64,000 nt of DNA. It comes from Bdellovibrionales bacterium (lineage in GTDB: Bacteria; Bdellovibrionota; Bdellovibrionia; Bdellovibrionales; JAGQZY01). Below are positions 29,277 to 40,208 of this stretch, piece by piece; position 1 is the first letter of the stretch, and every line of letters starts with the position of its first letter. The DNA is taken from NCBI GenBank assembly GCA_964230645.1, contig CAXRHT010000003.1, positions 128,001-192,000 on the forward strand, written 5' to 3'. The notes beneath the pieces were generated by a model. It worked only from the letters and a program-made list of their open reading frames with translations, did not search any database and was not told the DNA's origin. The translations under genes were made by a program, and so were the position numbers.

Positions 29277-29819
29277 TTAAATAGAGCAGGTTTTCCACAC
29301 TTGGCGGTAATCGTTTCCACCGAGAGTTTTGGGGAAATTCACTAAAACTTCCACTTTACCGGATTCTTTATCAAAACGAGCGGAATAGGCATCACCGAAA
29401 TTATCCAGCATACAGTGTTTCTTAACTTTACCTTGTTTCAAATTAGGTTCTAAAACCAGGATTTTATTAGCTTTGGACATATTGTTCCACTGAGAAACAA
29501 GTACTCTGCGGCCGTTGTCTATTTCTAGAGTGCGTTTGGTTCCGGCGATCGGGGTTGAAAAATGACCTTTGTCTTCTTTTAATGTTTCAATGAGATGGTA
29601 TTCCTTTGGGACTCGAAAAGAAGCGGAGCCTTGGCAGCTTTTTAAGTCGCGACGGTCAGCATGACTACGAAAATACAAGCGACTTTTGCTACGATTATAG
29701 CAACTCGTCCATCTCTGAGATTGATTGGAAGCGGCTAGTGAAAAACCACTTGTCATTAAGATTCCGAGAAGAATTGAAATACTGATCTTCTTTAAATAAG
29801 ATTTTAGAGAATTATTCAT
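29277..29819 (-). CDS. Secreted basic hypothetical protein (4 Cys)
   Basis: Signal peptide ending SLA-A; ATG immediately follows the stop of the upstream gene. Confidence 0.78.
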   Translation of the reverse strand: MNNSLKSYLKKISISILLGILMTSGFSLAASNQSQRWTSCYNRSKSRLYFRSHADRRDLKSCQGSASFRVPKEYHLIETLKEDKGHFSTPIAGTKRTLEIDNGRRVLVSQWNNMSKANKILVLEPNLKQGKVKKHCMLDNFGDAYSARFDKESGKVEVLVNFPKTLGGNDYRQVWKTCSI

Positions 29820-31181
29820 TTATCGAGTCCTCTGCAAAATTGTTCTAAGTTGGCTTCCTGAGACGCCAGGAGCAATTTGTCCATATTCACTGACGAGTTC
29901 AGCCATTCCACGCATACAACTAATCACTTTATTAGCATAAGTGGTTCGTCCAGCACCACCGTAGTAGCGTTCCGCAAGTGTATGGTAGTGGTTAAAAGTC
30001 ATGGAGCCATTACCCATTCTTTGTAGGAGCCCGGCGTATTCTGCTTTTTTCAGAATAACAGAATGATGGAGGTCGGCTTGTGCCAAAGTACTTCTTAGCA
30101 TGGCTGATCGGAAGGCCGTGTACTCTCCAGCTGAGTCGTACTGCTCAAAACCGCTGACAACACTTCCGTATGCGGCAATGGCTTCTCTACCTGTCGAGTT
30201 TCGAACTTGAAACATGCCCCAGGCGCCACCACCCGAGTCTCGGTGCACAGCATTTGGTGAAAGATGGGATTCTTTATATCCTATGCAGATACTAAATCTT
30301 GGGTCTACGGGGACACGAGGCGCCCTTAATTGATTGATGGCTTCAAGATCACTAAGAACATGCTGAACATGATCTCTGAAATCATCATAAGTTTGGCTAA
30401 GGCAATTAGAATTCTGGTAGCCACTTCCATCCCAACTGTTGTTACATCGAAAAGAAGCACGACCTTCTAGGTCTTCAGGTCTCGCTGCAAAAGGACGCAT
30501 CTGAGGACGAAGACTAGAATCCGGAGCTGCGGTATCAACCTGTTGGTTGCCACCTGTGACTTCGCTATTACCACCATCGAGAATGACTTCTTGTTCTTCA
30601 ACTTCATAAGAGCTTCCATACACTTCCTCATCATAAAATTGATTTCCAGAGGACTCATCGACAATAATAGGTTCGATAGGACTATCTTCATCAACAGGAT
30701 CGTTATTTGGGTCTTCCGGGACATTCATTCGCACCGATGAATAATTATTTGAATTTTGGCTGAGTGCAATGAGATCCACGTAACCATAGGCGTCCTCGGA
30801 ATTGGTGTCTACAACGGAAAAGGGATCTCGAATAATTTTCACTGGAAATATAAGGCGACCGTTGGGGCCCATTTTGGGAGGTAATGTCCGGTCTTGGCGG
30901 GCTAAGCTGACCCAATTTTGAAGCGTGGCGTGGAGATCCATTTGTCCATTGTTGAAGACAGCCTCCTCAGCGACTTCGTCGGGAAGTTGGATGATAGTAT
31001 TGGACCCAAGGCTTCCGTTCACTTGACCGATATTGGAATAGTTATGGAGTTGGGCGCTGGTATTTGTTAATCGAATGAGGTTGGGAGCACTTACATCTGC
31101 AAAAACAAAAGGTGTCGCAAAAATAACCGCTACAAAGATCACAAATACGAAGAGATTTCGAATGTAGATTGTTTTATTCAT
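29820..31181 (-). CDS. Secreted protein with C-terminal lysozyme-fold/lytic transglycosylase-like domain
   Basis: Signal peptide (VFA-D), acidic linker, ICIGYKES (catalytic E-S), AWGMFQV (GxxQ), AERYYGG (AYNxG-like). Confidence 0.72.
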   Translation of the reverse strand: MNKTIYIRNLFVFVIFVAVIFATPFVFADVSAPNLIRLTNTSAQLHNYSNIGQVNGSLGSNTIIQLPDEVAEEAVFNNGQMDLHATLQNWVSLARQDRTLPPKMGPNGRLIFPVKIIRDPFSVVDTNSEDAYGYVDLIALSQNSNNYSSVRMNVPEDPNNDPVDEDSPIEPIIVDESSGNQFYDEEVYGSSYEVEEQEVILDGGNSEVTGGNQQVDTAAPDSSLRPQMRPFAARPEDLEGRASFRCNNSWDGSGYQNSNCLSQTYDDFRDHVQHVLSDLEAINQLRAPRVPVDPRFSICIGYKESHLSPNAVHRDSGGGAWGMFQVRNSTGREAIAAYGSVVSGFEQYDSAGEYTAFRSAMLRSTLAQADLHHSVILKKAEYAGLLQRMGNGSMTFNHYHTLAERYYGGAGRTTYANKVISCMRGMAELVSEYGQIAPGVSGSQLRTILQRTR

Positions 31182-31606
31182 TAATTATTTTCCTATCCGT
31201 TTACATGCTACTTATTATGGAAAACTTCAGGTGCGGGATCTCTGATGTCGTAGTTTTGCCAAAAAGAGGATGGAGGAGCCCTCACCTCTTGCCTCATTTA
31301 AATACAAGGACCGTACCAGGCTGAGACGCCATGAGAAGCCGATGAGAGCGGCTTCAATCCTAAACATTTAGATTTTAAGAGTTCTGCCAATGAGCGCGTT
31401 TTCACCTGTCTAAAAAGTAGACATATTGAAGATAGTGCGGTTTTAGCTCTCAAAGAGGTCGTAAATGATAGGCGAGGGCTCATACTTAAAGTTTTTTGAT
31501 TTCAATTGATAAAAGTGTGAAACAAAAGCCACTGAACATTTTTCACTGACAACGAGAATTTCCAACCAGAATAGAGGCTTCTATCTGTAAATGCTAAAAG
31601 CAGTTT

Positions 31607-32794
31607 ATGAAAAACATAGTCTTAAAACCACTAATTGTCCTCATTCTACTTTTTCACGGCCCATTGGCCCAAACAAGCTTGAGCTCTGAAACTCAATCAA
31701 AGATCAACGAAAATGTCTTTATAGTCGTGCCAATAAATGCCTACGCCTCTGGAATGTCGGCAGAAAGAGTGGATGCTTACCTCTCACAAAATTGCCAGGG
31801 AGAAAAGCCAAGTCCGCGATTGCAGCTCAACTGTGAGCATTTGCAAACTTGTGTTGGTGAAGAAGAGTGCGGACTTATTTTTGGAACCCACGGAACGGCT
31901 TTTCTCGTTGAGAGTGGAACTCGCTTAGTGACGGCATGGCATGTATTGTTTCAAACAAATGCAACGGCGTTAGAGTTTTTGGCTCGACCCTTAGAAAAGA
32001 AAACTCTTGAAGAGCGAAGAGAGCTGGCACTTCGCAGACTCACACCTCATTTTGTTTTGATGAACCAAGAGCGTGAAATTGTATACGACACTCGGAATGT
32101 GCCAGCGAAATATGAAATGATCGGAGACCCTATCGTGCCCGTTTTTCATAAGAAAGGAAAAAAGGGGGAGGGCTTCTTCGGATATCACGAAGGAATCCCA
32201 ACCGATTGGGTTGTTACTGAATTGGGTGAATCCCTGGGAGAGGGCTTAAAAATGGCTCCTCAGCAAAACACCCTTGGTGACGAGTTTTTTATAGCTGGTT
32301 TTGGCTTTGATCGTTATGAAATGAACTTTAGTGTAAATGCTGGTGAAGCTTCAACTGTTTATAGCCTCAACAACGAATTGGGAATATTCACCAATTTCTC
32401 TATTCGTAATGAAGAAAAAAGTTTTTCAGAACTAATGGCGATGTCGATCTCTGAGGTTCTGTCTTACATGGGTTATAGTGAGGAGAGTATCGCTCAGCAA
32501 ATAGAAGATTACCCAGAAGAAACTCTGCTGCGTTCGATTGAGATAGTTTTGGGTCAGCAGCAACGGCATCAAAGAGACTGGTGGGTCGAGTCCCATAAAG
32601 AGGAAGTTTTCTTTTCAACGATTCCATCGCTCCCTGGGCATAGTGGAGGCCCCTTTTTAAATAAGTCTGGAGAGGTCCTTGGTTTGGTTTCAACAGGCTT
32701 TTTCACCGCAGTGGAAGAAGAAGGACCTTTAGCCTCTGTTGGTAGTGGCACCCTGCTTTTTGAGAGGTCCGAGATTCTAAACTATTTGCAATAA
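31607..32794 (+). CDS. Secreted trypsin-like (PA clan) serine protease with insertions
   Basis: HGTAF, VTAWHV (His), PTDWVV (Asp), PGHSGGP (Ser), signal peptide. Confidence 0.85.
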   Translation: MKNIVLKPLIVLILLFHGPLAQTSLSSETQSKINENVFIVVPINAYASGMSAERVDAYLSQNCQGEKPSPRLQLNCEHLQTCVGEEECGLIFGTHGTAFLVESGTRLVTAWHVLFQTNATALEFLARPLEKKTLEERRELALRRLTPHFVLMNQEREIVYDTRNVPAKYEMIGDPIVPVFHKKGKKGEGFFGYHEGIPTDWVVTELGESLGEGLKMAPQQNTLGDEFFIAGFGFDRYEMNFSVNAGEASTVYSLNNELGIFTNFSIRNEEKSFSELMAMSISEVLSYMGYSEESIAQQIEDYPEETLLRSIEIVLGQQQRHQRDWWVESHKEEVFFSTIPSLPGHSGGPFLNKSGEVLGLVSTGFFTAVEEEGPLASVGSGTLLFERSEILNYLQ

Positions 32795-32938
32795 CTATTT
32801 CGACCAAGGGCCGGCTTTTGCAGCTCTGGTAAGGGTTTAAGCGGATCTGAGATTTTTATGCAGAGCTGGACTCAAAAAATAAGAGGTCTATCCCTATAAT
32901 GGAATTTCAACGCACGGACGCGTTGGAAAAGGATCGAC

Positions 32939-34174
32939 ATGGATGTTGTAAAAACTCTTTTACTGAGTCTTTTTTTATTGGCTGTCGTCGCTTGTGGTTC
33001 AGACGAAAATACCTCTAGCCAAGATCAATTTAAAAAATCCCAAAAACCAAGTTGCCAGAATCGGGAGATAAAAGGCGAGTATTTAGTTCATTGGAAGTCG
33101 GGACAGATTAGTATTGTAAATTCTGAAAATGAAAAAAAATTCGTTGATGGCTATCTTAAAAATCATAAAGAAGAAATTGTGGCGGCTGAGCCTCATTATA
33201 GGATCCAGATTAGTCCGCAAGAATTAATCCAACAAAGAGACTGGGGGGGTGGGGTCAATTGGGGTACTGAAGCCATTGAAGCTCAGAATCTTTGGGACAA
33301 GGGACTTTCTAATGAAGAGATCGTGGTGGCTGTGATTGATTCCGGAGTGAATGTTGAACATCCTCAACTGGTTTCGGCTATCTACGAGAACAAAAACGAA
33401 ACCCTTAACGGAGTTGATGACGACAACAATGGTTATGTCGACGATGTCGGTGGGTATAATTTTGTGAACAACTCTCCTCACCTCAATGATTACACAGGTC
33501 ACGGCACTCATGTTGCCGGTGTGATAGCTGCGCAACATGCCGAAGGACGCATTAAGGGTGTTGCTCCCAATGTAAAAATACTGCCACTAGCATTTATTGA
33601 TCAAAGGGGGGGCGGAGATATTCAAAAAGCTTTAAATGCCATCCGCTATGCGAGTCAAATGGGAGCCAAGGTCATCAATGCTAGCTGGGGAGGGAATAGT
33701 TGCTCTTCTCTAATGGAACAAGAAATTGAAAAGCTCGCCGAAAAAGGCATCCTGTTTGTTACTGCCGCGGGAAATAGTGGAAATGATATTACAATTCTCC
33801 CAGAATACCCGGCCGCTTTTGTTCTCGATAATATGATCACCGTGGGTGCCTCGACTTTTGATGCCAAAACAGCCGGCTTTTCCAATTATGGTTTGCTTGT
33901 TCACCTTGTGGCCCCAGGGGCGAATATAGCCAGCACCTATCCTCCAGAATTTGATACTGATGGAAGTTTGGATGGTGTGGCCACACTGAATGGAACGAGC
34001 ATGGCGACACCCTTTGTGGCAGGAGCAGCGGCCTTACTTTGGTCCCTAAAGCCTGACGCGTCGTATACTGAGATAAAAGAAGCTTTGGTTCAAGGAGTGG
34101 TTGAGGGGCCCTACCCCGTACTCACCAGAGGACAATTAAATATCCGTCAATCCTATGAAATCCTCAACCAATAG
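32939..34174 (+). CDS. Subtilisin-family (S8) serine protease, lipoprotein
   Basis: Lipobox VVA-C, VAVIDSG, GHGTHVAG, AAGN, GTSMATP. Confidence 0.95.
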   Translation: MDVVKTLLLSLFLLAVVACGSDENTSSQDQFKKSQKPSCQNREIKGEYLVHWKSGQISIVNSENEKKFVDGYLKNHKEEIVAAEPHYRIQISPQELIQQRDWGGGVNWGTEAIEAQNLWDKGLSNEEIVVAVIDSGVNVEHPQLVSAIYENKNETLNGVDDDNNGYVDDVGGYNFVNNSPHLNDYTGHGTHVAGVIAAQHAEGRIKGVAPNVKILPLAFIDQRGGGDIQKALNAIRYASQMGAKVINASWGGNSCSSLMEQEIEKLAEKGILFVTAAGNSGNDITILPEYPAAFVLDNMITVGASTFDAKTAGFSNYGLLVHLVAPGANIASTYPPEFDTDGSLDGVATLNGTSMATPFVAGAAALLWSLKPDASYTEIKEALVQGVVEGPYPVLTRGQLNIRQSYEILNQ

Positions 34175-34331
34175 GTAAAAGAGTGATCCTCTTAAGACTC
34201 TGAGGTGGAGAGGCTTAGCGCCTTTTTCACCCATTCATAATACGCCGCTTAAAAAACAGATCCCTTTTCTTGATTTCACGCTGCAGCATTCGGTATTGTG
34301 CTCCATTGCATAAAAAGTCAGGAGCCTGTCA

Positions 34332-35621
34332 TTGCGTTATTATATAGATAATCTCAAAGATTATGTCGGTGAGACGGTTGAACTAAAGGGCTGGGTTTAT
34401 AACACTCGTGGGTCCAAAAAGATTAAGTTTCTAATTCTTCGTGATGGCACCGGCCTTTGCCAGTGTATTTTCTTTAAAGGCGATTGTGATGATGAAGCTT
34501 TTGAAAATTTCCAGAATTTAACTCAGGAATCCTGCGTAAAGGTCACTGGGGTGGTTAAAGCAGAACCTCGCAGTCCGGGAGGCTTTGAACTTTCAGCAAA
34601 GTCTTTTGAGATCCTGTCGGAATCCACCGATTATCCCATCACACCCAAGGAACATGGGGTGGATTTTCTCATGAACCATCGTCACTTATGGCTTCGATCG
34701 AAACGGCAGCACGCCGTTATGAGAGTGCGATCTGAAATTTTGAATGCAATTCGTTCCTTTTTTGATGATAGAGGTTTTACCTGCACAGATGCTCCTATTT
34801 TTACTCCGAACGCCTGTGAAGGAACATCCACTCTTTTCTCGACGAAATATTTTGATGACAAGGCTTACCTTTCTCAAAGTGGTCAACTCTATATGGAGGC
34901 CACTGCCGCCGCCTTTGGAAAAGTTTATTGCTTCGGACCCACCTTTCGAGCGGAAAAATCAAAAACTAGGCGACATCTTATTGAGTTTTGGATGGTTGAG
35001 CCTGAGGTGGCTTTTAACGACCTTTACGACAACATGGATTTGGCCGAGCAGTTTGTTGAGTACGTGGTCCAAAGAACTATGACAAATAAAAAAGCAGAAC
35101 TTGAAGTTTTAGAAAGAGACTTAAGCAAACTTGAAAAAATTAAGGGCCCTTTTCCAAGGCTTCACTATGATGAGGCTACAGCTATTATTAAAAAAGAAAA
35201 CCCTGACTTTGTGGATGGCGATGATTTCGGCGGAACCGATGAGACGATCATTAGTAGTCAGTACGACAAACCCGTTTTCGTTCATCACTTCCCGACGGCC
35301 ATTAAAGCTTTTTATATGAAGGAAGAGCCCGAGGATAAAAAGTATAGTTTGAGTTGTGACCTCCTTGCCACTGAAGGATACGGTGAGATCATCGGTGGTG
35401 GTCAAAGAGAGGACAACCTTGAGATTTTAGAAACAAAAATTAAAGAACACGACCTGAATTTAGATGATTTCTCTTGGTATCGCGACTTGCGCCGCTACGG
35501 AAGTTTTCCTCATTCTGGTTTTGGACTTGGTATAGAAAGAACAGTGGCTTGGATTTGCGGACTGAATCATGTGAGAGAAACAGTTCCTTTTCCTCGTCTC
35601 TATGGAAGACTTCATCCTTAA
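34332..35621 (+). CDS. asnS: Asparagine--tRNA ligase
   Basis: OB anticodon domain ([13 protein letters not shown]), [37 protein letters not shown] start with AGGAG RBS. Confidence 0.96.
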   Translation: MRYYIDNLKDYVGETVELKGWVYNTRGSKKIKFLILRDGTGLCQCIFFKGDCDDEAFENFQNLTQESCVKVTGVVKAEPRSPGGFELSAKSFEILSESTDYPITPKEHGVDFLMNHRHLWLRSKRQHAVMRVRSEILNAIRSFFDDRGFTCTDAPIFTPNACEGTSTLFSTKYFDDKAYLSQSGQLYMEATAAAFGKVYCFGPTFRAEKSKTRRHLIEFWMVEPEVAFNDLYDNMDLAEQFVEYVVQRTMTNKKAELEVLERDLSKLEKIKGPFPRLHYDEATAIIKKENPDFVDGDDFGGTDETIISSQYDKPVFVHHFPTAIKAFYMKEEPEDKKYSLSCDLLATEGYGEIIGGGQREDNLEILETKIKEHDLNLDDFSWYRDLRRYGSFPHSGFGLGIERTVAWICGLNHVRETVPFPRLYGRLHP

Positions 35622-35632
35622 AAGGTGCTGAT

Positions 35633-37186
35633 ATGGAAACGAATGTAGATAGATTGAATTCACTTGAACAGCGAAACCAAAAAGCCTTCGAGGGCGGTGG
35701 GGAAGAGCGAGTCAAAAAACACAAACAAGGGACTCGCCTCACGGCTCGAGAACGACTCCATACCCTATTGGATCCAGGAAGCTTTGTTGAAATGGATCGG
35801 TTTGTAACTCATCGATGCCAAAATTTTAAAATGGCCGATAAAAAAATCGATGGTGATGGAGTTATCACAGGTTATGGCCGCATTAATGGCAAATTGGTTT
35901 ATGTCTACAGCCAAGACTTCACCGTGTTCGGCGGCAGTATGTCCAGAACCCAGGCCAATAAAATCTTAAAGGTTCAAGAGATGGCCATGAAAAATGGCGC
36001 TCCCATCATTGGCTTAAATGACTCAGGAGGAGCGAGAATTCAAGAGGGTGTTGAAGCCTTAGGTGGCTATGCTGACATTTTTCTGAATAACGTTATGGCC
36101 TCAGGAGTCGTTCCTCAGATTAGTGCAATCATGGGGCCGAGCGCTGGTGGTGCGGTCTATTCGCCGTCAATCACAGACTTTATTTTTATGGTGAAAGACA
36201 CAAGCTATATGTTTGTGACAGGACCTGATGTTATCAAGACAGTCACTCACGAAGAGGTAACAAAAGAAGAACTCGGCGGAGCTTCAACTCACAGCCAGAA
36301 ATCGGGTGTGGCTCACTTTGCAGCAGAAGACGACAAACACTGTCTATTGATGATCCGTGAAATGTTGAACTTCCTTCCCAGTAACAATATGGATGATCCT
36401 CCACAGTTGGAAACTAAAGATGATCCAAACAGAAAAGTGGAAGAGCTGACTTCTTTTATTCCTGATAGTTCTAGAAAACCTTATGACATGAAAGAGCTCA
36501 TTAAAAAGGTTGTGGACGAAAGCTACTTTCTTGAGATTCATGGCAACTATGCCACCAATGTCGTCGTAGGATTTGCTCGCTTCAATGGAAGAAGTGTTGG
36601 TATCGTGGCCAACCAACCCCAGGTTTTGGCGGGATGTTTGAATATTGATGCGAGTAAAAAAGCGGCTCGATTTATTCGATTTTGTGATGCCTTTAACATA
36701 CCTCTAGTAAACTTTGTTGATGTCCCCGGATTTCTTCCTGGAACCGATCAAGAGTGGCAGGGTATTATTACTCATGGGGCAAAACTTCTTTATGCTTACG
36801 CTGAAGCCACAGTTCCAAAAGTCACCATCATCACACGAAAAGACTATGGTGGGGCCTACTGTGTTATGTCCTCTAAACACTTAAGAGGTGATGTTAACCT
36901 TGCTTATCCTTCCGCAGAGATTGCTGTGATGGGAGCTGAGGGTGCTGTGAATATTATTTTCAGAGAAGCTATCAAGAACGCAGAAAACACCGAAGAAGAG
37001 CGTGGTCGCTTAACCAAGGATTATGAAGATAAATTTAACAATCCCTATGTGGCTGCTGAGCTTGGATATATCGATGAAGTGATTGAGCCTTCCATGACTC
37101 GTAAGCGTATTTGCGACTCACTTGAGATGTTAAAAAATAAAAGAGACACAAACCCGCCAAAAAAACACGGAAACATTCCTCTTTAA
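35633..37186 (+). CDS. pccB: Acyl-CoA (propionyl-CoA) carboxylase carboxyltransferase subunit
   Basis: [39 protein letters not shown]; true start ATG 35633 after the asnS stop. Confidence 0.93.
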   Translation: METNVDRLNSLEQRNQKAFEGGGEERVKKHKQGTRLTARERLHTLLDPGSFVEMDRFVTHRCQNFKMADKKIDGDGVITGYGRINGKLVYVYSQDFTVFGGSMSRTQANKILKVQEMAMKNGAPIIGLNDSGGARIQEGVEALGGYADIFLNNVMASGVVPQISAIMGPSAGGAVYSPSITDFIFMVKDTSYMFVTGPDVIKTVTHEEVTKEELGGASTHSQKSGVAHFAAEDDKHCLLMIREMLNFLPSNNMDDPPQLETKDDPNRKVEELTSFIPDSSRKPYDMKELIKKVVDESYFLEIHGNYATNVVVGFARFNGRSVGIVANQPQVLAGCLNIDASKKAARFIRFCDAFNIPLVNFVDVPGFLPGTDQEWQGIITHGAKLLYAYAEATVPKVTIITRKDYGGAYCVMSSKHLRGDVNLAYPSAEIAVMGAEGAVNIIFREAIKNAENTEEERGRLTKDYEDKFNNPYVAAELGYIDEVIEPSMTRKRICDSLEMLKNKRDTNPPKKHGNIPL

Positions 37187-37199
37187 GGAGCCAGTCGAT

Positions 37200-38699
37200 A
37201 TGTTTAAGAAAATCTTAGTTGCCAATCGAGGGGAAATTGCGGTTCGAGTGATTCGAGCTTGTCGGGATATGGGCATATCATCGGTGGCGGTATTTAGTGA
37301 GGCCGATCGATACAGTCAGCACGTTTTACTTGCCGACGAAGCCTACGAGATTGGACCGGCTCCCAGCAATGAGTCCTACCTTGATGACGTGAAGATCCTA
37401 ACGGTTGCCAAAAATGCCGGTGTTGATGCCATTCACCCAGGCTACGGTTTTATGAGTGAAAACGCTGACTTCGCCAAGAAAGTGGCAGAGGCGGGCATTG
37501 AGTTTATAGGTCCATCGCCACAAAATATTGTGGACATGGGAGATAAACTCTCTGCTATTTCGTTGATGAAAAAAGCGGGAGTTCCCACAGTGCCTGGAAG
37601 TGACGGCCCTGTTGATACTGTCGAAGACGCCCACAAGGTTGCTAATGAAATTGGATTCCCTGTGATGATTAAAGCCACTGCCGGCGGTGGTGGTAAGGGG
37701 ATGCGTGTTGTTCATCAAGAAAAGGATCTTGATAGCTATTACCGTGCCGCCCGTTCTGAAGGTTTAAATTATTTTAAGAATGATGTTGTGTATATGGAGC
37801 GTTTTATAACAAGTCCTAAGCACATCGAAATTCAGGTTTTTGGGGACAAACACGGTAATGTCGTCCATCTCTTTGAAAGAGAATGCTCGATTCAGCGTCG
37901 ACATCAGAAAATTATTGAAGAAGCTCCAAGTCCATCTGTACCAGACGAGGTCCGACAGAAAATGGGTGATGTTGCCGTTAAAGCGGCTGAGTCCATTGGT
38001 TACGTGGGTGCAGGAACTTTTGAATTTATTTTTGATAATAATACCAAAGAGTTTTTCTTTATGGAGATGAATACTCGACTTCAAGTGGAGCATCCTATCA
38101 CCGAAGCCGTTACAGGAGTCGATCTCGTTAGAGAGCAAATACTAGTAGCCGCTGGTAATAAACTTTCCTGGAAGCAAGAGGATATTAAAATTCAAGGCCA
38201 TGCCATTGAATGTCGAATCTGCGCTGAAGATCCAGAAACCTTCATTCCTTCCCCAGGAAAGATCAAAAGATTTCGTCCGCCAGCAGGTCCACAAGTTCGC
38301 TGTGATACCTATGTTTTTTCTGGTTACGAAATTCCAATCTACTATGATCCAATGATTGCCAAATTGGTAACTTGGGGGAAGTCTAGGGAAGAGACCATTG
38401 AGAGAATGAATCGCGCGTTGATAGAATTCACTCTAACAGGAGTTAAATCGAATATCGTTCTCCATAAATCGATTTTAAAGCACCATAAATTTAAGAGTGG
38501 TGAGTACACCACCCAATTTTGCGAAAATGATCTTAAGGTAGAGTCTCCAGACTTATTTAAGTTTGTCGATGATCGAGTGTTTCTAATTTCTGCAGCGATC
38601 TCTGCTTACAAAGATCGAGAAAAGAATCCAAAGGAAAACAAATACCAAAAGATGTCCAATTGGAAACTTTCTGGTCGTGATATAGGATTGAGGAAATAA
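37200..38699 (+). CDS. accC: Biotin carboxylase subunit of acyl-CoA carboxylase
   Basis: ANRGEIA, HPGYGF, GGGGKGM, ERECSIQRRHQK, EMNTRLQVEH, YYDPMIAK. Confidence 0.93.
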   Translation: MFKKILVANRGEIAVRVIRACRDMGISSVAVFSEADRYSQHVLLADEAYEIGPAPSNESYLDDVKILTVAKNAGVDAIHPGYGFMSENADFAKKVAEAGIEFIGPSPQNIVDMGDKLSAISLMKKAGVPTVPGSDGPVDTVEDAHKVANEIGFPVMIKATAGGGGKGMRVVHQEKDLDSYYRAARSEGLNYFKNDVVYMERFITSPKHIEIQVFGDKHGNVVHLFERECSIQRRHQKIIEEAPSPSVPDEVRQKMGDVAVKAAESIGYVGAGTFEFIFDNNTKEFFFMEMNTRLQVEHPITEAVTGVDLVREQILVAAGNKLSWKQEDIKIQGHAIECRICAEDPETFIPSPGKIKRFRPPAGPQVRCDTYVFSGYEIPIYYDPMIAKLVTWGKSREETIERMNRALIEFTLTGVKSNIVLHKSILKHHKFKSGEYTTQFCENDLKVESPDLFKFVDDRVFLISAAISAYKDREKNPKENKYQKMSNWKLSGRDIGLRK

Positions 38700-39223
38700 T
38701 GTTATTTGAAGCTGAATTAAGAAAGAAAAAGTATCAGATCATTGTCGACAAAACGGCCTCGACCTGGGAGGTTTCACTTCGAGCCGAAGGCGAAGAGGAA
38801 GAAAAGTTTTCGATTGCCCAAAAAGACTTTGAGGAGGCCGATAATGTCATCAGCTTTCTTTTTAAAAACAATTCCTATCTTGTTGATACAGTAGCCGACG
38901 GCACGAATTACGATGTTTATACCCGTGGTTCCTACCGAAGTGTTAAAATCTTCAATGACGAAATGTTACTTCATGAAAGCCTGAAATCCGGTAAAGCCAT
39001 GGGGGGAGACACAGGAGTGACCTCCGGGATGCCTGGTAAAATTATCAAAATTCTTGTTAAAGAAGGAGATAAGGTTGAGGAGGGGACCCCTCTCTTGATC
39101 ATGGAAGCCATGAAAATGGAAAATGAAATGAAGGCATCGGGAGAAGCGACCATTAAAAAAATATTGGTCTCAGCAGGAGACAATGTTGAAACGGGAGCAA
39201 CACTTATCCAGTTTGATGTCTAA
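38699..39223 (+). CDS. Biotin carboxyl carrier protein with N-terminal BT-like domain
   Basis: SGMPGKI, EAMKMENE biotinylation motif. Confidence 0.92.
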   Translation: MLFEAELRKKKYQIIVDKTASTWEVSLRAEGEEEEKFSIAQKDFEEADNVISFLFKNNSYLVDTVADGTNYDVYTRGSYRSVKIFNDEMLLHESLKSGKAMGGDTGVTSGMPGKIIKILVKEGDKVEEGTPLLIMEAMKMENEMKASGEATIKKILVSAGDNVETGATLIQFDV

Positions 39224-39245
39224 AGCCTTATTCATTTAGGGATGT

Positions 39246-39272
39246 AAAAAGGGCTCCTTGAGCCCTTTTTTT
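39246..39272. terminator. Bidirectional intrinsic terminator
   Basis: AAAAAGGGCTC-ctt-GAGCCCTTTTTTT between convergent genes. Confidence 0.85.
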
Positions 39273-39345
39273 ATTTGAAAGTAGGGGCACCGAATAACGA
39301 ATGTTACAAGACTCGAGGTTGAATCATTTTCTGAGGTATAAGTTA

Positions 39346-40179
39346 CTAAGACAATTTATCTTTGATCAATTTAATTAACGAATCGAAAAAGTCACAAAAA
39401 ATCTGTTCAACTGAATTAGCCATCGCGGTAACTTCATCATGAGTTAATTTCGTGGTGTGAATTCCAGCTGCGGGATTGGTGATACAGGAAACCGCACAAA
39501 CTCTGAGTCCTAGGTGATTAGCGGCAATACTCTCAGGCACTGTACTCATTCCAACGGCTTGACCACCAATGGTTTGTAGAAATCGAACCTCAGCTGGAGT
39601 TTCATAAGTTGGACCACTTACACCACAGTAAACACCTTTCCAAAAACGAGTTTTCTGCTGAGTTAAAACATTCACCATGATTTCTGTGAGTTCTTTGTCA
39701 TAGGCTTCTGTCATATCAGGAAAGCGTGGACCCAAATTTTTGATGTTAGGGCCCATTAATGGATTGTCACCCATTAGGTTTATATGGTCTTCAATCACCA
39801 TTAGGTCCCCAGGCTTCATCTGTGGATCGAGGCCGCCCGCCGAATTGGTGAGAAGCAGAACCTCAATCCCTAACATGGCGAGTGTTCGAATGGGATAGGC
39901 CACCTGTTCCATTGTGTGCCCTTCGTAATAGTGCACACGTCCCTGCATTATAGCCAAAGGTACACCATGAAGCTCACCAAAAACCAAACGACCACTGTGG
40001 CCTTCTACTGAAGGGGCGACAAAGTTTGGTATTTCAGAGAATGATATTTCACAAGTCACATCAATATGGTTAACAAAAGCTCCTAAGCCTGAGCCAAGGA
40101 CAATGCCGACTCGAGGCTTCATTTGAGTTTTAGAACGAATAAATTGTGTGGTTTCTTGTAATTTATCTAAGACATTCAC
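39346..40179 (-). CDS. Purine-nucleoside phosphorylase (trimeric PNP-I family)
   Basis: VLGSGLG, GRVHYYEG, TNSAGG, GPTYETPAE, VGMSTVPE, SCITN. Confidence 0.95.
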   Translation of the reverse strand: MNVLDKLQETTQFIRSKTQMKPRVGIVLGSGLGAFVNHIDVTCEISFSEIPNFVAPSVEGHSGRLVFGELHGVPLAIMQGRVHYYEGHTMEQVAYPIRTLAMLGIEVLLLTNSAGGLDPQMKPGDLMVIEDHINLMGDNPLMGPNIKNLGPRFPDMTEAYDKELTEIMVNVLTQQKTRFWKGVYCGVSGPTYETPAEVRFLQTIGGQAVGMSTVPESIAANHLGLRVCAVSCITNPAAGIHTTKLTHDEVTAMANSVEQIFCDFFDSLIKLIKDKLS

Positions 40180-40208
40180 AGTTGGTCCTTTGTTTAATCA
40201 TTGTCCTA

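Noticed and set aside
31298..31483. 61-aa minus-strand ORF and a GAAGCCG/CGGCTTC hairpin between the SLT-like gene and the protease
   Set aside because: No RBS or recognisable motif; more likely divergent promoter DNA.
21565..34174. Prophage or mobile island around the GT and hydrolase genes
   Set aside because: No integrase, transposase, structural phage genes, att-like direct repeats or tRNA seen.
35474..35632. Apparent long asnS/pccB overlap
   Set aside because: Artefact of the longest-ORF start. The homologous region begins at ATG 35633, after the asnS stop. Similar start corrections were applied to rpsF, pdp, rng, rplU, obgE, nadD and lolA.
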